The notes beneath the pieces are model-generated. The model was given only the letters and a program-made list of their open reading frames with translations, had not been told where the DNA came from and ran no database searches. Positions 30,080-39,618 of a DNA stretch of 64,000 bases are shown one piece after another (the stretch's first letter is position 1; every line of letters begins with the position of its first letter). The DNA is from Candidatus Latescibacterota bacterium (lineage in GTDB: Bacteria; Latescibacterota; UBA2968; SICM01). The position numbers and the translations under genes are program-made. Location of the stretch: the NCBI GenBank assembly GCA_965217865.1, contig CBDCJO010000002.1, forward strand, positions 704,001-768,000. Direction: 5' to 3'.

Positions 30080-32494
30080 TTAAAATATCAACGGTGAAAC
30101 GGATTTGTGAATCAGCGCGATGCCGATAGAGATCATGGCCATCAGCGCCATGCCTGATGAGAACCCGACGGAAAGCACCACGGCGTACAACCGCCATTGC
30201 TTCTTGCCATACTTGTTCCAGAAATAGAACCGCGCCAAAAGCGCTCCGATGATCGACGGGAGGACGAAGTGGGGCATCGTCGTCAGGCTCTGAGCGTAAC
30301 CGAACACAAGAAGCGTCGGAAGGCCGAAGATTCCGGAAATGATGAAAATCCCCAGCCCCACCGCCAGTCCCACCAGGCCAACGTCCCACTTGAGCGCCTC
30401 CAACAACAGGGGCTTATCATCCGAGGTCTGCCGCATCCGGCTCTGGAACGTCGGCTCCGTGTCCACCTCCACGAAAATCAGATCCTCGTCGATCCCCTCC
30501 GGAACGCTGATCGCCAGATTGGGAGTCGGCGTTCCAACGATCTCCCCCCGCGACGGCAAAATCAGGCCGGGGGCGACAAGGCCGGCAAGAGCCGTTCCCT
30601 CCGTCTCGGGAGGAGGAGACGCCCGATGCAGCTCGACCTCCTTCAGGAACCTCTCGGCTTCGGATGCGGGCGTCTCACCCTGAGGGCTTTCCCCGAACCG
30701 GGTTTCAAACATCCCCACCTCAGACCATTCGCCGCGATTCCCCGCCTCATCCTTCAGGCATGCCCGCCAGTACCACCGCTCTCCGTCGGGCAGGTTGGCA
30801 GGCCGCCACGAGGCTTTCTCTCCCTCTACCTCCGTCTCCCCCCGCAGGGTGGAGCTAAACCAGAGGCATTGCTGGTAGGCCTGCAGCCGCCACATCGTCT
30901 GCGCATAGGGATAGGTGGCGGATGGGATCGGCGCCATCTGCCAGAGATACTGCCAGTAGAGAAAGCTGGTCAGGAGGACGACCGGCACCATGAAGACCTC
31001 GGCCTTCAGGATACTCGTGAACTTCGTCCCCGTCAGTTCGATCTCCCGGAACTTCTGAGCCTGCCCCCCGTAGTTGTGGAGAGCGAACGGCACGAACCAG
31101 ACCTCCACGCCCCGGTACCCGCTCAGCAAAATGGCCCCCTCCTGGACGAAAGGGATCGACAGAGACTGTCCCACCATCCCGATCAACCGGGCGTTGACGA
31201 ACGACATGAAAGGCGTGAAGATGAACCCGAAGAAGACGAAGTAGAGGAAGGGAAACCCGGGGAGCATCCAACGGGCGATGCCGATCGTCGCGATCGTCAT
31301 CAGGGAGAACAGCCCGAGCAGGAGCGGAATCGAAAAATCCCCCCGCCCTTCCGGAAGGCTTGCCTTCATAACCCCCGTGCCCGAACCCTTCATCTCGCTC
31401 CGCCGTTTTTTCGTCCCCACATAGACCTGGTAAAAACCGACGAAAGCGATGGCGAAGGTGACGCCGATCGAGAAACTCATCCAGAAGTCCACGTTGTTGA
31501 TGAAGTAGGTCTCGATCGACCCCATCCCGAGCTGCCACCTGGGCAGGAGGCCGTTTGCGTGCAGGATCGGGCAGGCCGCGACGTAGGTGAGCGATCCTGC
31601 GACCGCCCCCACGATCCCCCAGAACGGCGCGAGCAGACCCGCGATGATGATCCCGAGGTGGAACGAGAGGCCCAGGGGCGTCGCCGGAAGCACGTAACCC
31701 GAATCGTGGGTGAAGTCCGCGAACGGAATCGGGAAGATCATCACCGGCTCGGCAAGCATCGCCCCGGTGATCGCCGGCACCCCCACATAGAGCGCCCCGA
31801 ACCCCGCCCCGATCATCACCCCCGTGCTGAACATCCGCCACCGCCAGGTCTCCTGGCCCGAGCTGCTGTCGGCGAGGGCGAGCGCCCCCTGCGCGTTGAT
31901 CGGGGCGAACGGAAACGGCAGCCGCTCGTGGTCGGAGGTAAGCCGGAACAGGGAATAGCCGATCGTAAACCAGGACACCCGGCCGATCACCATACCGGCG
32001 ATCAGAAGGCCGATCGGAAGCAGCCAGTCGCTGTGTATAAACGTCCGCTTCACCAGCGCCTCAGAGCCCAGCGGCGGGGCGACCCAATGGGGGATTAAGT
32101 GTGAGATCCCGAACTGCCGCGCGGCCTCCGACTGGACGAGATACTGGTTCCAGAGCAGTCCCTGGAAGGTCCCCGTCTCAGCCGCAATAAGAGACGCCGC
32201 CACATAGAAGAGTACGTAGATCTCCTGCCTGGAGAGCGTCGTGAACGAACGTCTCGCGATCTCGATAAACAGGATGATCGTCACCCATTCCGCCGCCGCC
32301 CCGAGAGACCCCCCGGTCATCAGCGACAGGTACATGTTCCCCGGCACCATCACCACCGAGATAAAAATCACGCCGAGGATCGTCCTGAGCGTGAACCCCT
32401 CCCCGAATGACTTCGGCACCTCCATCAGGGAGCGGTATTCTTCGATCTCCGCATTCGGGTTGCGGACTTTCTTCGGATCTTTTTCAGGCGGCAT
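30080..32494 (-). CDS. OPT-like (oligopeptide transporter superfamily) membrane protein with an inserted FN3-like domain
   Basis: GFTLRTILG, AAEWVTIILF, SRQE and ERLPFPFAP motifs; many TM helices. Confidence 0.7.
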   Translation of the reverse strand: MPPEKDPKKVRNPNAEIEEYRSLMEVPKSFGEGFTLRTILGVIFISVVMVPGNMYLSLMTGGSLGAAAEWVTIILFIEIARRSFTTLSRQEIYVLFYVAASLIAAETGTFQGLLWNQYLVQSEAARQFGISHLIPHWVAPPLGSEALVKRTFIHSDWLLPIGLLIAGMVIGRVSWFTIGYSLFRLTSDHERLPFPFAPINAQGALALADSSSGQETWRWRMFSTGVMIGAGFGALYVGVPAITGAMLAEPVMIFPIPFADFTHDSGYVLPATPLGLSFHLGIIIAGLLAPFWGIVGAVAGSLTYVAACPILHANGLLPRWQLGMGSIETYFINNVDFWMSFSIGVTFAIAFVGFYQVYVGTKKRRSEMKGSGTGVMKASLPEGRGDFSIPLLLGLFSLMTIATIGIARWMLPGFPFLYFVFFGFIFTPFMSFVNARLIGMVGQSLSIPFVQEGAILLSGYRGVEVWFVPFALHNYGGQAQKFREIELTGTKFTSILKAEVFMVPVVLLTSFLYWQYLWQMAPIPSATYPYAQTMWRLQAYQQCLWFSSTLRGETEVEGEKASWRPANLPDGERWYWRACLKDEAGNRGEWSEVGMFETRFGESPQGETPASEAERFLKEVELHRASPPPETEGTALAGLVAPGLILPSRGEIVGTPTPNLAISVPEGIDEDLIFVEVDTEPTFQSRMRQTSDDKPLLLEALKWDVGLVGLAVGLGIFIISGIFGLPTLLVFGYAQSLTTMPHFVLPSIIGALLARFYFWNKYGKKQWRLYAVVLSVGFSSGMALMAMISIGIALIHKSVSPLIF

Positions 32495-32553
32495 CTCGAC
32501 TCTCGCTTGAACGGTTGACGGTTAATGAATCCCGGTCGGAATATTCTGTGATA

Positions 32554-35500
32554 TTAATCTGCTGTTTCCAACGAATCTGCTTTGGCGTATTCGTCCCTGA
32601 CCTGGTCCGACAGGGTCCGCCAGATCAAAAACTGCTTGCGAAGAAGCGTCAAAAACTGCCGGTTCGTCCGGATCCAGGCCTGCAACTCTCCGCTCATCCG
32701 ATCCAACACCGTCTCGATCTCGTATATCCCATAACGACCCGTCGGCATCGCACGCAACACCGTCTCCTGGCTCACACCCATGTCGAACGGCGCAAGCCAC
32801 GTCTGCATTTGGATCGTATAAGACGGACCCTCCGGCGTCTCCTCCTCCCGGAAGCTCACACCCTCCGCGTAAAACTCCCCCAGCGAATAGCGGCTGTAAG
32901 CACGGAAATAGGTCGCCAAAAACGAAAACATACCCCGCACATCTCGACTCGAAACCGTAAACGGAAACTCGAACCGCCAGTGGTCTCCCTCCGGATCCGA
33001 CAACTCCCAACGGCGCATCACATCCGGAACCGCCATCTGTGAGGCCTTCTTCGAGGGATAAAGCGTCGAAAGCATCACCACACTCATCACCAGGCCCATC
33101 GCCATCACCGCAGACAACGACGAGTAGTTCAACGACAGCCCCTGCAACAATCCCGACTCGAAAAGAACCCGACCCACACCCTGTGCCACCAGATACCCCC
33201 CAACCGCTCCGATCACCGCATACACGCACGACTCCGCCATAAACAACATCCCGATGTGGGACGGCGCCAAGCCCACCGCCGAGTAGACCCCGATGTCCCG
33301 AAAACGCTCATACACGGCACCCATCATCGTGTTCAACACGATCAAGGCCGCAATCGCGATCGGAATCAGCAAAATCCCCAAACCCGATACAGACGTCATG
33401 CCGTGAGAGCTGAAGACAAACACCTCCGAAGGGCCGGACTCCTGCGGAATACTGCCGAACACCGTCAACTCCAGGCGCGATACGAAACTCTCAACCACCT
33501 TCCCAACGTCAACGCCTTCATCGAAACCTACGGCGATGGAACGAAGGTCACCCGTCCCTCCCCACCAGTTTCCGGTGCCCCCCATCTCCCGCATCATATG
33601 ATACGGCAGGAACAACACACGGCCCGGGTTCAGGTGCTTGTAGACGTGGATCCCCACCGTCGATCCCGCAGTCCGGCCGGACTGCTGCTGTGCGGCCCGC
33701 TGAGAAGTCGCTCCCTGCTGAAGCTGCTCCGCAAGCACATCCTCTGGAACCACCCCGAAGTCGACCGGCGTCAACGGCGCGCCGTCAAGATCCTCCAATC
33801 CCTTCAACCGCTCCGAATCCATGATCCCCACCACCGCAAGCTCTCGACCGAACACCCGAACCGTCGACCGGCCAACATCCTCCCCCGTGAGACCAAGATC
33901 TCCTGCCATGCTGTCCGGTATCACGCACTCCGCGTTCCCCGCGATCCAGCGACCCGAAGAAAGACAACTGTCGATCCCCGTGATCAATCGCTCCTCCGGA
34001 ACCATACCCACAACAGACGCCGCCTCTACGGACCGACCCCCCCCCTGGATCTTCGTCGCCTTCGTATACCACGCACGGGGAACGACCCGCCCGACGTCCC
34101 GAAACTCATCCGACGTATACTCCAATACCGAGTCGTCAAGCTCCTTCCAGGCCCCGTCCCGGATCATTGCACCCGCCCGGAACGGACCCTCTGTCCAGGG
34201 GATACGCATGTGACGAAGCATGAACTTCAACGACGTGAACGACATCACCGTGAACGTCAACAACAAGACCGTCACCAACGTCAAACTCGTCCGGAGCTTC
34301 CGACGACGCATGTTCGAAATCCCCAGCATAAACGCCACATAAAACGCACTCCCCCGCCCGATGTCCGTCCCGTGAGCCACCGCAGCATCCGTCCGCAACG
34401 CGCGCATCTGTGCGCTGAATCGGGAGGAAATCACCTTCAACACGAGCGTCGCAAGTGCGAGTATCAAAAACGCGACCAGCACAAGAGCCGGATTTGCGAG
34501 AGAAAAAGCAGGATGAACAACGCTCAGGCAAAACCACACAAAAAAGAAAAACCCGAAGAAACCCGCGATCTGCTTCCGGATGTCCGCAAACGCGAACACC
34601 AGACGCTCCGCGAAAAATGAACACGGGATCAGCATCGCCATGAAGAATACCACCCCGTGAATCACGTCGTTCTGTGTCCCCTTCACATCCGGATACGCCC
34701 GCGCCTCAGCCCCCTGAGCCGCTCTGGCGTTCTGGATAAATCCGCTCCACCGGCGTTCCTTCAACGCTTCCTCCGCCTCCCTCAGATGGCCCCCCGCCTT
34801 GTCGTGAAGCGCCGTCAAACGGGTGTTCTCGATCCCGTAGGACAGAAGCTCACGGATCCGGCCGTCGTCGACTCGCCACATGTCACGCGCAGCCTTGTAC
34901 GCCGTCTGCACGAACGCTGACGGAACCTCCGTCAGGAAACCCGCGCCATCACCCCCCTCGGGGTCCGCATTGACCAGGAGAAACCGCACGCCGAACAGAC
35001 CCGTCGAAAGCGTCAGCTTCACACGTTTGCCCGGCTCCGTAAATACCACACCCATCGTCGGCTCCTCCTCACGGTATTCCGGCCTGGCCGTTTCGAAAAA
35101 ATAACCGTAGTGAGCCGGGATCGAATTCCCCGCGTCCATGATCACGATGTCCGAAAGCCGCCCGAGCTGTCGGGGGTCCACCGTCTCGTAGAACGACGTC
35201 GGCACGCACCGGAACAGCACCACAAGCGGCTTCGTAATCGCCCGGCTTATGCGCGCGGAGATCGGATAGATATCCCCACCCCGGTCCGGAGCGGACATGA
35301 TGTCCCCCGACTCCGGGTCGAGCATAAAGGGATGCACCTCCATTTCGTACTCCCGGAACAGCCGGGTCACGCTGAACTCCCCGTTTTCGTCCGCGACCTC
35401 GATATAATCCCCGCGAACCCCTTTGTGGACCTTCGACTCACGGCCTGAACGGAGAACAACCACAGCCCCACCCATCTTGATGTCCGGGATGATGGCATAA

Positions 35501-37083
35501 CGGGAAAACGCCTTCACCCGCCCCTCGATCGCCCATGCCGTATCGGTGAGATCAAGGTTGATGACATCGTCAAGGGCATCCTTGTTGTTCAGGACCTGCG
35601 TCAGCATTCCCCCAAGGAACACGAGCTGCGTCCGGAGGTTGTCGAAACTGACCCCTTCGATCCGGTCCAGCGGGGAGTCCACACCCATCCGGGCGTCGTA
35701 GGAAGTGATCAAAGACAGCGCGGGAGTCCCGCACGCGAGCGCATACTCGCTCTCGATCGGAAGCGGACGGCCGGAAATCACCTTTGCAAAGGCCCTATCG
35801 CTCTGCATGGAGGCGATCACGTTGGCGAACATGTCCTCGGGATCGCGTTCCATCTTCGTGGAAACGGTCTCTGCGATCTTCGAAAGGCGTCTGCCCAGAG
35901 ACACTCCGAAGAAATGCTTTTCCCGGGTGAATCCGGAGGCGCCCATGCCCTCCCTGGAGTCCCATACCGTAAGCCCGTCGTTGCCGCTCGACAGGTCCAG
36001 GCCCAGGAACAGCTTCGGGAACACACGCTCCTTGACGCCTTCTACGAACTCGTCTTTCTTCCGGCTGTGACGCTGCATGTACGCGTCGATCCCACGGAGG
36101 TTCTGGCAGTGACCCGACGTCGCCAGGAACAAGACCGTCCGCCCAGGAGGATGTGTGCGAAGCATCTCCCCCAGCTCAAGCAAACCCGCGATACTGCAAG
36201 CCATCTCCGCCGCAGGCGCAAGGCTGGGCACAACCGACATCCCATCGTAATAGGCCGAGAGCATCACCTCCTGATCCCTCAGATCCGGATCCGATCCCGG
36301 AAACGTCCCCACAACGTTGTAGCCCTCCCGGACCTCCCAGTCCATACGACCCTTCACCTCAACCTCTAAGCCCTCATCCGCAAGGCCCCTCAAACGCTCT
36401 CCCGCCTCGCGGTCCACGTAAAACCGCGGCATCGCAACCGGAACCTCGGCGAACTTGCCCTCCGCCTCGCCCGATGTCGTCCGTTCCGGCGCGATGAACA
36501 CGACCGCACCTGCATCCAGAATCCCAGCGTTAATCCACCGACCCCCGCTGTTGAAATCCATCAAAACCACGTTCCCCGACACATCCTGTCCGTCGAAATC
36601 CGAAAACTCTCCGTCCCCCGCGTAGATCAAGCGGCCCCGGACCCCCGGCGTCGTCGGCGTCCGAACCACGTTCGGCCAGACGCATCGGAGCGGGATCTCC
36701 TCCCCGGACTCCAAAAGCAGAAGGGACGCACCCTTGTCCATCGGCACCGTCACTTGAAACGGCTCCTGGTGAACGTCCTGCATCCCAAGCCGGAGAAACT
36801 CCGCCTCCAGGAAGTCCGCCGACGCCTTGGCACCCGGATATCCCGTCACGCGAGAACCCACCGACGACAGACGGCCGACCGTGGAACGCATCCGATCCAC
36901 CGATACCTCAGGGAGAAAGACACCTTCCGTCGAGATCTCCTTGTCCTGCTTCCCCGACCCGATCGAGGACAATCCCCGAAAAAACTGGACCAGACCGACC
37001 ATCGCGGCCACCAGGACGGCGACAAGGACGAAGGTGAAAAAGACACGAAGCGTTGTGGAAAGAGAGGTCGTCATAGCAAACAT
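32554..37083 (-). CDS. PA + M28-like ectodomain / FtsX-like permease fusion, paralog 2 (1509 aa)
   Basis: SRVTGYPG, PA domain, SAYYD; TM block; NMRRRKLRTSLT; VYERFRDIGVYSAVGLAP FtsX motif. Confidence 0.85.
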   Translation of the reverse strand: MFAMTTSLSTTLRVFFTFVLVAVLVAAMVGLVQFFRGLSSIGSGKQDKEISTEGVFLPEVSVDRMRSTVGRLSSVGSRVTGYPGAKASADFLEAEFLRLGMQDVHQEPFQVTVPMDKGASLLLLESGEEIPLRCVWPNVVRTPTTPGVRGRLIYAGDGEFSDFDGQDVSGNVVLMDFNSGGRWINAGILDAGAVVFIAPERTTSGEAEGKFAEVPVAMPRFYVDREAGERLRGLADEGLEVEVKGRMDWEVREGYNVVGTFPGSDPDLRDQEVMLSAYYDGMSVVPSLAPAAEMACSIAGLLELGEMLRTHPPGRTVLFLATSGHCQNLRGIDAYMQRHSRKKDEFVEGVKERVFPKLFLGLDLSSGNDGLTVWDSREGMGASGFTREKHFFGVSLGRRLSKIAETVSTKMERDPEDMFANVIASMQSDRAFAKVISGRPLPIESEYALACGTPALSLITSYDARMGVDSPLDRIEGVSFDNLRTQLVFLGGMLTQVLNNKDALDDVINLDLTDTAWAIEGRVKAFSRYAIIPDIKMGGAVVVLRSGRESKVHKGVRGDYIEVADENGEFSVTRLFREYEMEVHPFMLDPESGDIMSAPDRGGDIYPISARISRAITKPLVVLFRCVPTSFYETVDPRQLGRLSDIVIMDAGNSIPAHYGYFFETARPEYREEEPTMGVVFTEPGKRVKLTLSTGLFGVRFLLVNADPEGGDGAGFLTEVPSAFVQTAYKAARDMWRVDDGRIRELLSYGIENTRLTALHDKAGGHLREAEEALKERRWSGFIQNARAAQGAEARAYPDVKGTQNDVIHGVVFFMAMLIPCSFFAERLVFAFADIRKQIAGFFGFFFFVWFCLSVVHPAFSLANPALVLVAFLILALATLVLKVISSRFSAQMRALRTDAAVAHGTDIGRGSAFYVAFMLGISNMRRRKLRTSLTLVTVLLLTFTVMSFTSLKFMLRHMRIPWTEGPFRAGAMIRDGAWKELDDSVLEYTSDEFRDVGRVVPRAWYTKATKIQGGGRSVEAASVVGMVPEERLITGIDSCLSSGRWIAGNAECVIPDSMAGDLGLTGEDVGRSTVRVFGRELAVVGIMDSERLKGLEDLDGAPLTPVDFGVVPEDVLAEQLQQGATSQRAAQQQSGRTAGSTVGIHVYKHLNPGRVLFLPYHMMREMGGTGNWWGGTGDLRSIAVGFDEGVDVGKVVESFVSRLELTVFGSIPQESGPSEVFVFSSHGMTSVSGLGILLIPIAIAALIVLNTMMGAVYERFRDIGVYSAVGLAPSHIGMLFMAESCVYAVIGAVGGYLVAQGVGRVLFESGLLQGLSLNYSSLSAVMAMGLVMSVVMLSTLYPSKKASQMAVPDVMRRWELSDPEGDHWRFEFPFTVSSRDVRGMFSFLATYFRAYSRYSLGEFYAEGVSFREEETPEGPSYTIQMQTWLAPFDMGVSQETVLRAMPTGRYGIYEIETVLDRMSGELQAWIRTNRQFLTLLRKQFLIWRTLSDQVRDEYAKADSLETAD

Positions 37084-39618
37084 CGCTTCACAATTTTAAA
37101 GGCCTGGGGAAGGCCTTTAACGAACCTAATCGAATCTTGTATTGAGCTCTGTCGGAATGTTCTGCGCATCTGGACGAATTTACGAATTATTCGGGCACAT
37201 TACCAAATTTTTTTCCTTCAAGCTTCAACAATGCGGTCTCGATCCGAATCCGCCTTTTTTGGCATATTCGTCCCTGACCTGGTCCGACAGGGTCCGCCAG
37301 ATCAAAAACTGCTTGCGAAGAAGCGTCAAAAACTGCCGGTTCGTCCGGATCCAGGCCTGCAACTCTCCGCTCATCCGATCCAACACCGTCTCGATCTCGT
37401 ATATCCCATAACGACCCGTCGGCATCGCACGCAACACCGTCTCCTGGCTCACACCCATGTCGAACGGCGCAAGCCACGTCTGCATTTGGATCGTATAAGA
37501 CGGACCCTCCGGCGTCTCCTCCTCCCGGAAGCTCACACCCTCCGCGTAAAACTCCCCCAGCGAATAGCGGCTGTAAGCACGGAAATAGGTCGCCAAAAAC
37601 GAAAACATACCCCGCACATCTCGACTCGAAACCGTAAACGGAAACTCGAACCGCCAGTGGTCTCCCTCCGGATCCGACAACTCCCAACGGCGCATCACAT
37701 CCGGAACCGCCATCTGTGAGGCCTTCTTCGAGGGATAAAGCGTCGAAAGCATCACCACACTCATCACCAGGCCCATCGCCATCACCGCAGACAACGACGA
37801 GTAGTTCAACGACAGCCCCTGCAACAATCCCGACTCGAAAAGAACCCGACCCACACCCTGTGCCACCAGATACCCCCCAACCGCTCCGATCACCGCATAC
37901 ACGCACGACTCCGCCATAAACAACATCCCGATGTGGGACGGCGCCAAGCCCACCGCCGAGTAGACCCCGATGTCCCGAAAACGCTCATACACGGCACCCA
38001 TCATCGTGTTCAACACGATCAAGGCCGCAATCGCGATCGGAATCAGCAAAATCCCCAAACCCGATACAGACGTCATGCCGTGAGAGCTGAAGACAAACAC
38101 CTCCGAAGGGCCGGACTCCTGCGGAATACTGCCGAACACCGTCAACTCCAGGCGCGATACGAAACTCTCAACCACCTTCCCAACGTCAACGCCTTCATCG
38201 AAACCTACGGCGATGGAACGAAGGTCACCCGTCGTGCCGCCCAACCAGTGGCCCACTCTCCCCATCTCCCGCATCAAATGATACGGCAGGAACAACACAC
38301 GGCCCGGGTTCAGGTGCTTGTAGACGTGGATCCCCACCGTCGATCCCGCAGTCCGGCCGGACTGCTGCTGTGCGGCCCGCTGAGAAGTCGCTCCCTGCTG
38401 AAGCTGCTCCGCAAGCACATCCTCTGGAACCACCCCGAAGTCGACCGGCGTCAACGGCGCGCCGTCAAGATCCTCCAATCCCTTCAACCGCTCCGAATCC
38501 ATGATCCCCACCACCGCAAGCTCTCGACCGAACACCCGAACCGTCGACCGGCCAACATCCTCCCCCGTGAGACCAAGATCTCCTGCCATGCTGTCCGGTA
38601 TCACGCACTCCGCGTTCCCCGCGATCCAGCGACCCGAAGAAAGACAACTGTCGATCCCCGTGATCAATCGCTCCTCCGGAACCATACCCACAACAGACGC
38701 CGCCTCTACGGACCGACCCCCCCCCTGGATCTTCGTCGCCTTCGTATACCACGCACGGGGAACGACCCGCCCGACGTCCCGAAACTCATCCGACGTATAC
38801 TCCAATACCGAGTCGTCAAGCTCCTTCCAGGCCCCGTCCCGGATCATTGCACCCGCCCGGAACGGACCCTCTGTCCAGGGGATACGCATGTGACGAAGCA
38901 TGAACTTCAACGACGTGAACGACATCACCGTGAACGTCAACAACAAGACCGTCACCAACGTCAAACTCGTCCGGAGCTTCCGACGACGCATGTTCGAAAT
39001 CCCCAGCATAAACGCCACATAAAACGCACTCCCCCGCCCAATGTCCGTCCCGTGAGCCACCGCAGCATCCGTCCGCAACGCGCGCATCTGTGCGCTGAAT
39101 CGGGAGGAAATCACCTTCAACACGAGCGTCGCAAGTGCGAGTATCAAAAACGCGACCAGCACAAGAGCCGGATTTGCGAGAGAAAAAGCAGGATGAACAA
39201 CGCTCAGGCAAAACCACACAAAAAAGAAAAACCCGAAGAAACCCGCGATCTGCTTCCGGATGTCCGCAAACGCGAACACCAGACGCTCCGCGAAAAATGA
39301 ACACGGGATCAGCATCGCCATGAAGAATACCACCCCGTGAATCACGTCGTTCTGTGTCCCCTTCACATCCGGATACGCCCGCGCCTCAGCCCCCTGAGCC
39401 GCTCTGGCGTTCTGGATAAATCCGCTCCACCGGCGTTCCTTCAACGCTTCCTCCGCCTCCCTCAGATGGCCCCCCGCCTTGTCGTGAAGCGCCGTCAAAC
39501 GGGTGTTCTCGATCCCGTAGGACAGAAGCTCACGGATCCGGCCGTCGTCGACTCGCCACATGTCACGCGCAGCCTTGTACGCCGTCTGCACGAACGCTGA
39601 CGGAACCTCCGTCAGGAA
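32588..39618. repeat. ~2.35-kb near-identical direct repeat (32588-34938 and 37265-39618)
   Basis: By-eye comparison: identical except one ~45-nt patch and one silent change (34360/39040). Confidence 0.9.

Noticed and set aside
33556-38277. Diversity-generating retroelement explaining the variable patch between the FtsX paralogs
   Set aside because: No reverse transcriptase in the window; differences include non-adenine positions and a 3-nt indel; both copies are full genes.
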